A stretch of DNA of 64,000 nt. It comes from Planctomycetota bacterium (GTDB lineage: Bacteria; Planctomycetota; UBA8108; UBA1146). Under the pieces are notes generated by a model. It ran no database searches, was not told where the DNA came from, and saw only the letters and a list, made by a program, of their open reading frames with translations. Of the stretch, positions 27,423 through 37,350 are shown in pieces. Each line of letters begins with the position of its first letter. Positions within the stretch are counted from its first letter, which is position 1. Location: contig JAQBGV010000071.1 in NCBI GenBank assembly GCA_032128395.1, positions 7,303 to 71,302 of the forward strand, read 5' to 3'. A program made the position numbers and the translations under genes.

Positions 27423-28367
27423 CTATCCCATCGGATGACGGTGTGCGGCCGAGTATCGGCCGGTGGCGTGAAACTCGAGTTGGCGCTCGAGATCGGTGAG
27501 TAGGGACGACGCTCCGATTCGGAATCGCTCGGGTCGCATCGACCGTTCGCCGAGTTCCTCCTTCACCAGCATCAGGAACGAGACCGCCTCCTTCGCGGTC
27601 CGGATCCCGCCCGCAGGTTTGAAGCCCGCCAGGTGGCCGGTGCGTTCCGCGTGTTCGCGAATCGCCCGAACCATCACAAGCGCGACCGGCAGGGTCGCGT
27701 TCACCGGTTCCTTGCCGGTCGAGGTCTTGATGAAGTCCGCTCCCGCCGCGAGACAGACTCGGCTCGCCCGCGCGACGCGGGTCAACGTGCCGAGCTCCCC
27801 GGTGGCGAGGATCGACTTCAGATGCACCTTCTGGCCGCACGCTTCGCGAAAATCGCGCACTTCGCGGTACAGCTCTTCCCACCGCTCCGCCAGGGCGAGC
27901 GGGCGCGACACCACGATGTCGACCTCATCGGCCCCCGCGGCGACCGAGGCCCGGATCTGCTCGAGTTTCTGATCGTGGGGAATCTGCCCCGCCGGGAATC
28001 CGGTCGAGACCGCGCACACCCGGACCGGAGACCCCGCGCACGACGCCGCCGCGACCGGCACCTGGTTGTGGTAGATACAGACCGCCGCGCAGTGGAGATC
28101 CTCGGGGAGCCCGTGCGCAGCCAGAATTTCATCGCGAACGGGGTGCCGCGCCTTCGCTGCGAGACGCCGGACCGTGCCCGGGGTGTCGTCCCCGGCGAGG
28201 GTCGTCAGATCGAGGCAGGTGACCGCGTGCGCGTGCCAGCCGACCTGCCAGGTCTTCTTCACCGTACGGCGGCCGGTGAGGGACACGGCTCGCCGCTCGA
28301 TCGCGGAACGGTTGGTCCGCGTCGAGAGAACCCAGTCGAGGTCGAGTTCGCAGCCGGGGTTCAGCAC
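27423..28367 (-). CDS. deoC: deoxyribose-phosphate aldolase (long, DERA-like form)
   Basis: GTG preceded by AGGAG. CLDLTTL, VCIY, VSTGFPAG, EVDIVV, LKSILATGEL, DFIKTSTGKE (Schiff-base Lys) and GFKPAGGIRT. 314 aa. Confidence 0.85.
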   Translation of the reverse strand: MLNPGCELDLDWVLSTRTNRSAIERRAVSLTGRRTVKKTWQVGWHAHAVTCLDLTTLAGDDTPGTVRRLAAKARHPVRDEILAAHGLPEDLHCAAVCIYHNQVPVAAASCAGSPVRVCAVSTGFPAGQIPHDQKLEQIRASVAAGADEVDIVVSRPLALAERWEELYREVRDFREACGQKVHLKSILATGELGTLTRVARASRVCLAAGADFIKTSTGKEPVNATLPVALVMVRAIREHAERTGHLAGFKPAGGIRTAKEAVSFLMLVKEELGERSMRPERFRIGASSLLTDLERQLEFHATGRYSAAHRHPMG

Positions 28368-28487
28368 CGAGGGACTCTCCTGCCGACGAGCATGAACGAG
28401 CGCGCCGACATCATCGGGGAGCGCACCGATCCGTCAACGTGGTCCAGCAACGGGGGCGCTGCGACGCCCGCGCCAGAGAGTTCGCTC

Positions 28488-28859
28488 TCACGGGCTCTGG
28501 CGCTCTTCTGAGACGGAGAAGCCCATGCCGTCGGGATCGGCATACTGCGCGATCCGGGCTCCGAAGACCTCTTTCGGCTCCTGAGCGCAGGGCACACCCC
28601 GCTCGGTCATCTTCACATGAAACCCATTGAGATCCGGGACACAAAACCCCCAACGGCAACGGCCCGCCGGGAGGTGGTCCGAGTCTCCGCCGGGTACGCT
28701 CGGCTCATCGCTCAGATGGAGCGCGAGGGTCGTCCCCCCGGTGTCGAACTCAGTCCATCCCGGAGTCTCGAATCGGAGGGGGATATCGAGGGTGTCGCGG
28801 TAGAACGCCACCGAGCGCTTCATGTCACTGACGAACACGATCGCGTAGCTCACTCGCAT
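28488..28859 (-). CDS. VOC/glyoxalase-family protein
   Basis: MRVSYAIVFVSDMKRSVAFYRDTLDIPL and YADPDGMGF are typical VOC motifs. Start set at ATG 28859; the track ORF starts 8 codons earlier at 28883. Confidence 0.7.
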   Translation of the reverse strand: MRVSYAIVFVSDMKRSVAFYRDTLDIPLRFETPGWTEFDTGGTTLALHLSDEPSVPGGDSDHLPAGRCRWGFCVPDLNGFHVKMTERGVPCAQEPKEVFGARIAQYADPDGMGFSVSEERQSP

Positions 28860-28903
28860 CGAAACCTCCCATCCTGGAAGCACTCTACTATTTCAACGGG
28901 CTG

Positions 28904-29916
28904 CTAGTCCGCAGTGTACGGGCACGCGGCGAGATGCCCATCCTCGATCTCGACGAACTCCGGGCGCGCCTGGGCGCACTCCGGTCGAGCGATCGGACAT
29001 CGAGTGCGGAATCCGCAGCCGCTCGGCTTCGCTAGCGGGCTGGGAATGTCTCCTTCGAGCATCACCCGATCGGGGCGCTCGCGCCGCGGATTCGGCTGCG
29101 GGACGGCGGAGAGGAGCGCCCGGGTGTACGGGTGCCGCGGGTTGCGATAGACCTGCTCGGCGCTCCCCACCTCGACGATGTTCCCGAGGTACATCACCGC
29201 GATCCGGTCGCAGACGTGGTAGACGACCCCGATGTCGTGGGCGATGAACAGATAGGTGAGCCCGAACTCCCCCTGCAGTTCCTCCATCAGATTGATCACC
29301 TGCGCCTGGACCGAGACGTCGAGTGCACTGACCGGTTCGTCGGCGATCACCAAGCGAGGATTCGTCGCGAGCGTTCGGGCGAGCCCGATCCGCTGCCGTT
29401 GTCCGCCCGAGAACTCGTGCGGGTAGCGCGACACGTAGCTGGGCTGCAGGCCCACTCGATCGAGGAGCTCGCGCACCCGGCGGCCGCGAGCGACCCTGTC
29501 GAGTTCGGTGTGGAGTTTGAGGGGACCGCCGACGATCTGCTCTACGGTCATCCGAGGATTCAACGAGCTGAACGGGTCCTGGAACACCATCTGGATCTCG
29601 GCCCGGTACGGACGCATCTCCTTCCGCCGCATCCCGTTCAGATCGACGACACCACCGCTCTTCGAGCGGTACAGCACCTTTCCGCCGAGGTGCACATCCG
29701 GCGTGGTCGGGCGCAGGAGATTGATCACCGCGCGCCCCACTGTGGTCTTTCCAGAGCCGGACTCCCCCACCAGCCCGACCGACTCGCCGGCTCGGACTTC
29801 GAGCGACACTCCATCGACCGCGCGTACCTCAGCCGTCTTGTGCCGGAGGATCCCGCCATAGACGGGGAAGTGCACGTGCAGGTCCTCGATCTGGATGATC
29901 GGCCCACTCGGCGCAC

Positions 29917-29920
<4 letters not shown>
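28904..29920 (-). CDS. peptide ABC transporter ATP-binding protein (OppF/DppF type)
   Basis: Start trimmed to ATG 29920 (MSAPSGPIIQIEDL), overlapping the oppD-like stop by 4 nt. GESGSGKTT, LSGGQRQR-like FSGGQRQRIGLAR, ADEPVSALD and a C-terminal Cys-rich oligopeptide domain. Confidence 0.88.
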
Positions 29921-30906
<986 letters not shown>

Positions 30907-30910
30907 CGAT

Positions 30911-32056
30911 CTACCTCAACCGTGAGAACACTTTGGGATCGAACGCTTCGCGCACCGCCTCGCCGATGAACACGACCATCAACAGGGTCAGGTTGAGCGC
31001 AATGACAGGGGCCAGGATCAGGTGGTAGTCAAACAATGAACTCGATGCTCCTCCCCCTGAGCTCAGCTGCCCACGGCCTTGTTCGAGGAGCTCCCCCCAG
31101 CTCGCGGCCGGAGCCGGGAGTCCGAACCCGAGGAAGTCCAGGGACACGATCGCGGTGATCGCGCCGACGATCGCGAAGGGCGCGTAGCTGATGATCGGGG
31201 TGAGCGCATTCGGCAGGATGTGCCGAAACATGATCGAGGATCTCGATTCGCCCTGCGCGATGGCGGCCGAGACGTAGTCGCGAGACTTCTCCCGGTAGAA
31301 CTCCCCGCGCATGTAGTAGGTGATGCCCACCCAGGAGAACATCCCGACCAAGACCACGAGGAGGCGGAGGGTCGGCTGTACGATGCTCGAGATGATCATC
31401 ACGGTGTAGAGGAACGGGAGCGCGGCCCAGATCTCGACCACACGCTGGCCGTAGATGTCGATCCTACCCCCGAAGAACCCGAAACAAGCACCCACCGCGA
31501 CGCCGAATGTATAGGCGAATCCGACCACCCCGAGTGCAAATGTCATCGAGTTCCAGAATCCGTATACCAGCCGAGCGAACACATCGCGGTCGCGATCATC
31601 GGTCCCCAGCCAGTGCACTGGGGATGGTGGGTGTGGAGGATTTCCGTCGAATTCGTCGAGCAGGCTCTCGTTGGGACTGTAGGGGTACGGCGGCATCAGA
31701 ACCCAGGTCTCGTCTTCGCCGTCCTCGCGAAGTGTAGCCTGGAGAGTTCGATAGTCCGGTGAGCCGATGCGGCGTTGTCCGAATTCCTTCGCTTCGTGGA
31801 AGTTCCCGAACGCGGGGAAGAAGTATTTGCCGTCGAACTTGACCAGAAGCGCGTTGCTACTGATCAACAGGGGCGCGAAGAAGCTCAGGATGTAACAGCT
31901 GAGGAGAACTAGGAGGCTGTACCACCCCCGCTTGACCCGTCGGAACTTCCGGAAGCGCCTGCGGAAGACAGTCTCCGATACCGCAGTGGTGGACTCGCTC
32001 GGAGCGATGTTTAACGGTGGAACAGGTGCGCCGGATGCGGTGGGGACGTCGTTCAT
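30911..32056 (-). CDS. peptide ABC permease, YejE/OppC-like with extended periplasmic loop
   Basis: 381 aa. WLGTDDRDRDVFARLVYG and the EAA-loop region DYVSAAIAQGESRSSIMFRHILPN. PYPYSPNES loop as in YejE. Confidence 0.82.
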   Translation of the reverse strand: MNDVPTASGAPVPPLNIAPSESTTAVSETVFRRRFRKFRRVKRGWYSLLVLLSCYILSFFAPLLISSNALLVKFDGKYFFPAFGNFHEAKEFGQRRIGSPDYRTLQATLREDGEDETWVLMPPYPYSPNESLLDEFDGNPPHPPSPVHWLGTDDRDRDVFARLVYGFWNSMTFALGVVGFAYTFGVAVGACFGFFGGRIDIYGQRVVEIWAALPFLYTVMIISSIVQPTLRLLVVLVGMFSWVGITYYMRGEFYREKSRDYVSAAIAQGESRSSIMFRHILPNALTPIISYAPFAIVGAITAIVSLDFLGFGLPAPAASWGELLEQGRGQLSSGGGASSSLFDYHLILAPVIALNLTLLMVVFIGEAVREAFDPKVFSRLR

Positions 32057-32066
32057 CGCATCGTCT

Positions 32067-33104
32067 CTAGTTGAACCGGATGCGGGGGTCGAACACGACG
32101 TACAGGATGTCGCTGAGGATGTTGCCGAGGAGGATCAATGCAGTGTTGATCACGAGGATCCCCATCACCACCGTGTAGTCCCTCGAAACGATCGATTCGT
32201 AGCCGAGCAACCCGATGCCGTGGATGTTGAAGATCCGCTCGATCAGGTAGCTCCCGGCCATCACCAGGCTGATCGCATGCCCGAGCCCGGTGCAGATGGG
32301 GATGAGGGAATTGCGGAGGGCGTGGCCGAAGATCACGCGCCGCTCCGTGAGCCCCTTCGCGAAGGCGGTCCGGACGTAGTCCTGGCCGAGGTTCTCCATC
32401 AGCGAGTTCTTCATCAAGATCGTCAGCGTCGCGAAGCTCCCCGCCGCGTAAGCGATCACCGGCAGGAAAGTGTGGTGAATCTGATCGAGGACCTTCCCCA
32501 CGGGGGAGAGCTTGTCCCAAACCTCCTTCGACGACCGAAATCCATCGAGCGGGAACCACTCGAAATTTGCCCCGAACACCATCACCAGGAGGAGTCCGAG
32601 AGCCCAGCCGGGGATCGAGTATCCGAGGAAGACGACCGCACTGCTCGCGAAGTCGAAGGTGTCGCGGTGCCGGATCGCCTTGAGCACTCCCAGAGGTATG
32701 CAGACAGAGTATGCCAGTACGAACCCGATCAGGCCGAAGTAGATGCTCACCGGAAACTTCTTCACGATCACCCGAAGGACCGGTTCACTGGTCTTGAATG
32801 ACTTTCCGAAGTCGAGGGTGACCAGGTCGCCGAGCCAGAGGAGGTAGGCGTGGGGGATGGACTTGTCGAAGTGGTAATGCGCCTTGAGGTTCGCGAGCGC
32901 AGCCTCGGGGATCGCGACACTGCTCGTCGGTCTGCCCGCGCCGCCACCTTCGCCCCCTGCGCCGCCCGCCCCCATCTGCATCTCCATGATCAATTTGTCG
33001 ATCGGCCCACCGGGCACGAATCGGGTGATCGCGAAGACCAGAAGGGTGATCCCGAGGAAGGTCGGGATCATCAAGAGCGCGCGTCGCGCAAAGTAGGCGC
33101 CCAC
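32067..33104 (-). CDS. peptide ABC permease, YejB/OppB-like
   Basis: RRALLMIPTFLGITLLVFAITRFVPGGP at the N-terminus and DYVRTAFAKGLTERRVIFGHALRN EAA loop. 345 aa. Confidence 0.85.
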   Translation of the reverse strand: MGAYFARRALLMIPTFLGITLLVFAITRFVPGGPIDKLIMEMQMGAGGAGGEGGGAGRPTSSVAIPEAALANLKAHYHFDKSIPHAYLLWLGDLVTLDFGKSFKTSEPVLRVIVKKFPVSIYFGLIGFVLAYSVCIPLGVLKAIRHRDTFDFASSAVVFLGYSIPGWALGLLLVMVFGANFEWFPLDGFRSSKEVWDKLSPVGKVLDQIHHTFLPVIAYAAGSFATLTILMKNSLMENLGQDYVRTAFAKGLTERRVIFGHALRNSLIPICTGLGHAISLVMAGSYLIERIFNIHGIGLLGYESIVSRDYTVVMGILVINTALILLGNILSDILYVVFDPRIRFN

Positions 33105-33122
33105 GGAGCTGGCCCCCGACGC

Positions 33123-35078
33123 CTAGGGCGAGCCCGCGGCGTTCTGGGCCGCATTCCACTCGGCCCAAAAGTGGTTCTCGACCGGTGGGATCTCGAGAAT
33201 CTTGGTCGAATCGGCCCGAGCTTCCGCGAGAGCTCGCTCCTTCACCGGATCGACCCACCAGACGTAGATCATTTCCTGGTTATCTTCATAGGTACGGCTC
33301 GTCCCCCACTTCGGCCAGCCGAACTTGTTGGCGATGATCACACGTTGGGCGGGCTTGTACCATGCGAGCACGTAGGGGTGTTGTTCGAAGATGATCCCGT
33401 CGATCTGCTTCATGATCTGCCGTCGGCGCTGGATGTCGTACTCGCGATCGTACTCGACGAGGAGCTCGTCCACCCGCTCGTTCACGAATGCGGTGATGTT
33501 GTTGTTGTTATTGCCCCGGCCGAGCTCGCCCTTCCAACTCGTCTCCGGATTCGGGGTGATGAGCGCACCCCAGCTCATCATCGCGAGCTCGTACTCCTTC
33601 TCCTGAGCATTTCTCCAGAAGGTCGTGGGAGTGAGCAGTTTCAGGTTGAGCTTGATCCCCAGGCGATTCGTGGCCTCCTGGTAGATCGTCAGGTGCTTCT
33701 CGCTCCCCTTCTGGCTGTACATCACGTCGAACTCTAGTTTTCTGCCGTCCTTGACCCGCCATCCATCGCTGTCGCGTGTCGTGTAGCCCGCTTCGTTCAG
33801 AAGCTCGTCGGCGGCCATCTCGTCGTAGAGCGTGACTTGGTTCGAGTCGTTCCCGTAAGTCGCTCCCTGCCAATAGCTGTCCAACATCGCATACTCGTCG
33901 AAGAACAGCTTCTCGATCATCTTCTCTCGGTCGAAGAGATGGGCGAGCGCCTTGCGGATCTTCAAATCGTCGAGCGGTGGTCTCGACATGTTGATCGCGA
34001 TCCCTGATGTCCCGATGGGAGCGTCGTTGAAGACCTTCATCCGCAGGACGAGGCCTCTCTTGCAATCTTCCTCCTCGGGCAGGTCCTTCGCGAACCACTT
34101 CGCTGTGGTGATCACGTAATAGTCGAGTTCCCCCTTCTTGGCCTTCTCGTAGGTGAGCTGATTCTCCAGGACCACCGGGAAGTGAATCTTGTCGATGTTG
34201 TACATGCCGGTCCACGCCGGGTTGTCCGCGTCCCACCAATCGGGGTTGCGCGTCAGCGTGACCGACTCGTTCATGATGATGTCACCTGGCTCGACCATGT
34301 ATGGACCGCAGAACGCCGTGTAGGCGAACTGGAACTTCTCCAGGAATTCCGTCCCGGTCAAGTGTCCGATCTCCTTTGCGGGGAGGGTCACGAGTGAGCC
34401 GGCGTAGAGGAAGTTCCGCCAGTTCTCCTCGCTGCACCTGACCTCGATGATGTATTTCGAGATGGCGCGGGGAGTGAACTTCCCGAACACGAGCTGGCTC
34501 GATGGGAACAGAATCGTGGGGTCCATCCAGAGTTTGTGGGAGGCCAGGTAGTCCTGTGAAGTGACCTCGGTGCCATCGCTCCAGCGCGCCTTCGGATTGA
34601 TGCGAAAACGGTACGTGGACTTGTCCTCGGAGATCTGCCAGTGCGTCGCGAGGTTCGGGATGATGTCGAGGGTGACCGGATGCCGCATGACCAGCGCTGG
34701 GAAGCAGAGATCGCGCACGAGATAGTTGATCGAGGCGTTCCAGCTCTGCCCCCCCATGCGCAGGGTCGCGGGCCAATCGGGGATGGCACGAGAGAGACTC
34801 CCCCCCTTCACCGCTTCCGCGGCACCGATCGCCGGGAACTGGAGGACCGTGTCCCACCCCTTCCCGGTGAATCCGGGACCCCCGAGTTCTGCGGAGACGG
34901 CGGGATCCCCCGCCTGTGGGTCCAAGCGGTACTCGACGGTTGGAATCGAAATGTCGATCCCCGCGTACTGACCGCTGGCGGCTCCCGTGTCCGGCTTGCG
35001 AGCACCCCCCGAGTCTTTTTCTTCACCACAGCCAAAGAGCGACAAAATGCAGACAACGGAAAAGAGGGTACGGGTCAT
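33123..35078 (-). CDS. family-5 extracellular solute-binding lipoprotein (YejA/OppA-like)
   Basis: Start trimmed to ATG 35078 (MTRTLFSVVCILSLFGCGEE, lipobox LFGC). 651 aa with SBP_bac_5-like core motifs (WSDGTEVTSQD, NPDWWD). Confidence 0.82.
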   Translation of the reverse strand: MTRTLFSVVCILSLFGCGEEKDSGGARKPDTGAASGQYAGIDISIPTVEYRLDPQAGDPAVSAELGGPGFTGKGWDTVLQFPAIGAAEAVKGGSLSRAIPDWPATLRMGGQSWNASINYLVRDLCFPALVMRHPVTLDIIPNLATHWQISEDKSTYRFRINPKARWSDGTEVTSQDYLASHKLWMDPTILFPSSQLVFGKFTPRAISKYIIEVRCSEENWRNFLYAGSLVTLPAKEIGHLTGTEFLEKFQFAYTAFCGPYMVEPGDIIMNESVTLTRNPDWWDADNPAWTGMYNIDKIHFPVVLENQLTYEKAKKGELDYYVITTAKWFAKDLPEEEDCKRGLVLRMKVFNDAPIGTSGIAINMSRPPLDDLKIRKALAHLFDREKMIEKLFFDEYAMLDSYWQGATYGNDSNQVTLYDEMAADELLNEAGYTTRDSDGWRVKDGRKLEFDVMYSQKGSEKHLTIYQEATNRLGIKLNLKLLTPTTFWRNAQEKEYELAMMSWGALITPNPETSWKGELGRGNNNNNITAFVNERVDELLVEYDREYDIQRRRQIMKQIDGIIFEQHPYVLAWYKPAQRVIIANKFGWPKWGTSRTYEDNQEMIYVWWVDPVKERALAEARADSTKILEIPPVENHFWAEWNAAQNAAGSP

Positions 35079-35150
35079 GAGGCTCTCCCTGAAGTCTCGG
35101 GACGGACGGAGCAGCTGCTTCGGGCTCGAGAAAGCGGGACCCACGAAACG

Positions 35151-35179
35151 GGCCGCGCCCGCGAGAGAGCGGCGCGGCC
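35151..35179 (-). terminator. 9-bp GC stem hairpin downstream of the small basic protein gene
   Basis: ggccgcgcc (35151-35159), an 11-nt loop, then ggcgcggcc (35171-35179). On the minus strand it is followed by cguuucgu. A second accggg-gaaa-cccggt hairpin lies at 35197-35212. Confidence 0.4.
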
Positions 35180-35217
35180 TCGAAGGACGACGCGGGACCG
35201 GGGAAACCCGGTGCCGG

Positions 35218-35421
35218 TTATTTCGCCTCGTCCTTCTTCTTCTTTTCCTTGCCGCGCTTCTTCGGCTTGACCACACGGGTCTTCTGGAGCCCGAACGGAC
35301 TATTCTCTTTCGAGGAGAACAGGCCTTGGCGCTCGAGCTCGACGATGCGCTCGTACCGGGTCAGAACGTTTCGACTCCGGGTGAGAGCATCCGCTGACTT
35401 GAGAGTCTTGTGTACCGACAT
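35218..35421 (-). CDS. small basic protein (TIGR04137-like, PVC-group family as I recall it)
   Basis: 67 aa: MSVHKTLKSADALTRSRNVLTRYERIVELERQG...FGLQKTRVVKPKKRGKEKKKKDEAK. The HK(S/T)LK...RHRNVLTR(A/Y)ERI pattern matches that family from memory. Confidence 0.55.
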   Translation of the reverse strand: MSVHKTLKSADALTRSRNVLTRYERIVELERQGLFSSKENSPFGLQKTRVVKPKKRGKEKKKKDEAK

Positions 35422-35531
35422 CGTTCATCCAGTCTGCTTGGTGGCGGCGTCTCATCCAGAGACGGGCGAAGAGGATAGCCCTCTCGAAGCCGGACGGCAA
35501 GGGGACCCCGCGCAGCACCCGGGACCCCACT

Positions 35532-36659
35532 TCAGTTCCTCGGTCGCTCGGCCTCCGCGACGGATTCACCCTCTGAGAGTGCGCCATCGTTCCCAGCGGG
35601 CTTCGCAGGCGCCCCGGCGACCCCTGCGCCCGAGATCGAATCGGTCCAGCTTCGGGAGATCCTGGACCCTCCGAGGAAGAGCGCCAAGACCCCGACGAGG
35701 GCCCAGAGGACGGAGCTCAGCTGCAGCAAGACCCCCAGTTCGGCGCCGTGTCCCTCTCCCACCCGCAGGAACAACTCCTCGTAGGCCCACTGCCCCACTC
35801 CCAGGCCCCCGGGGGTCAGAGGAAGACTGAACGCGAGTCCCCCGAGCGGGACGAGAAAGGAGTAGTTCTCGATGGAGGGAGTCTCTCCGGTCAGACCCCG
35901 GGCGAGCAAGATCGCGGTGAGGACGAAGAAGCTGTGGGCTGCGACGGAGAGCAGCATCGCGAACCCGAGCAGCCGCCTCCGACCTGCCACCGCCCACAGA
36001 GCTTCAGCCAGGCGCCCGATGATCCTGCGGCCGGGGAGCCAGCCGAGCAGGCCGACCGTGAACTCGTGTCGCCAGAGCCCACGCCAGCAGAGGAGCGCGC
36101 CGCCGAGCAGCACGACTGCGATCAGCCCGACCAGGATCAGCCCGAGTTTCTCGAGGACCGGGTCACCCCGCACTTCCGCGGGACAAAAACGGATCCCGAC
36201 CACTCCGATCAGCATCAGCGCGGTGAGTCCAATCGTTCGATCGAGCACCACGGAGAGCACCGCCTGCGGGCGCTGGCCTGGGCTCTCCCTCGCGATCTGG
36301 ATCCCCTTCACGACGTCCCCTCCCGTCGCACCGGGGATCACCTGGCTGAACAGGAGTCCGAGCCAACAGAGTCGGGCCGCGTCGCGATACCGGACCGTGA
36401 CCCCGAGCGCTCTCAGGATCCAGCGCCACCGGAAGATGGTCAGCTGGAACCCGCAGAACCAGGCGAGTTGAGCGAGGACGAAGTCGAGAGGGCGCTGGAA
36501 GTCGAGCAGGCGGGAGACTTCGATCCGGCCGCTCCCGAACAGGAACGCGACCAGGCCGATCCCCACCGCGACCTTGAAGAGGAGCCAACCGATCCGCCGT
36601 CGGTCTCGGGGAGCCGAGGCGTCTGGCGAGCCGCTCAGGATCCGTGTTCCTCGAGCCAC
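35532..36659 (-). CDS. flippase-like / LPG-synthase-TM (UPF0104) family membrane protein
   Basis: Start set to GTG 36659; the track ORF to 37640 is an Arg/Pro-rich read-through of the upstream gene in another frame. About 8 TM helices, VIPGATGGDVVKG and LPLTPGGLGVGQ motifs typical of PF03706. Confidence 0.7.
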   Translation of the reverse strand: MARGTRILSGSPDASAPRDRRRIGWLLFKVAVGIGLVAFLFGSGRIEVSRLLDFQRPLDFVLAQLAWFCGFQLTIFRWRWILRALGVTVRYRDAARLCWLGLLFSQVIPGATGGDVVKGIQIARESPGQRPQAVLSVVLDRTIGLTALMLIGVVGIRFCPAEVRGDPVLEKLGLILVGLIAVVLLGGALLCWRGLWRHEFTVGLLGWLPGRRIIGRLAEALWAVAGRRRLLGFAMLLSVAAHSFFVLTAILLARGLTGETPSIENYSFLVPLGGLAFSLPLTPGGLGVGQWAYEELFLRVGEGHGAELGVLLQLSSVLWALVGVLALFLGGSRISRSWTDSISGAGVAGAPAKPAGNDGALSEGESVAEAERPRN

Positions 36660-37297
36660 GACTGCCAGTCCTCCCGGAGGAACATCAGGTCGGCGCCGGT
36701 GAGTTCGACCGCGGAGAGGTACGCCTGGAAGCGCACGTTTCCATCGGCGCGGGGGTCGACGATCACTTCGACCAACTCGCGGGCCCAATTCTCCTGGCCG
36801 ATCTCGCGATAGGCTCGTGCGGCAGCGATGCGGACCAGCGCGTCCTCGTCGTCGTGGAGCCGCCTGCGGAGAGCGGGCCGACGTTCGAGCGGCGGGAGCG
36901 AGGAGACCCGCTCGACCGCCTCGAGTCGCACGGCGAGTCCGCGATCGACGAACGCCTGGGCGAGAAGCTCGACGCCGCACGGAAGTTCCCCGTCGAGCGC
37001 GATCGCCACGATCCGGGCGCGCAAGGATGGATTGGGCTCGATGAGGAATCGAGTGCTCAGGAAGGTGTCCATCCGCGCTCGATCGTCGGCGTCGAGCCGC
37101 TGGAGGCGCCCGTCGGCCGCGAGCACGGCGAGCGCGCCCAGCGCCTCCCACCGATCGCTGCGTCCCCCTTCTTCCGCGTCCTCGACCAGCGACATCGGCG
37201 AGGAACAGCCGGATGAGAGCGAGAGCAGGAGGACGAGAGCGACCAGAAGAGGGCGCGAAGGGTATGGCGTGTTCTGACGAGACCGCACCATCGGCAT
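36635..37297 (-). CDS. HEAT-repeat lipoprotein, unknown function
   Basis: ATG 37297 preceded by GAGGGGAGG. Signal/lipobox LLLSLSSGC. Repeated D..LR.RIVAIAL / DEDALVRIAAARAY helices resemble PBS-lyase HEAT. Confidence 0.6.
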   Translation of the reverse strand: MPMVRSRQNTPYPSRPLLVALVLLLSLSSGCSSPMSLVEDAEEGGRSDRWEALGALAVLAADGRLQRLDADDRARMDTFLSTRFLIEPNPSLRARIVAIALDGELPCGVELLAQAFVDRGLAVRLEAVERVSSLPPLERRPALRRRLHDDEDALVRIAAARAYREIGQENWARELVEVIVDPRADGNVRFQAYLSAVELTGADLMFLREDWQSWLEEHGS

Positions 37298-37350
37298 CCT
37301 CCCCTCGATCCTCGGCCATGGCAGGATAGCGGCTTCCGGTCGGCGGTCGA

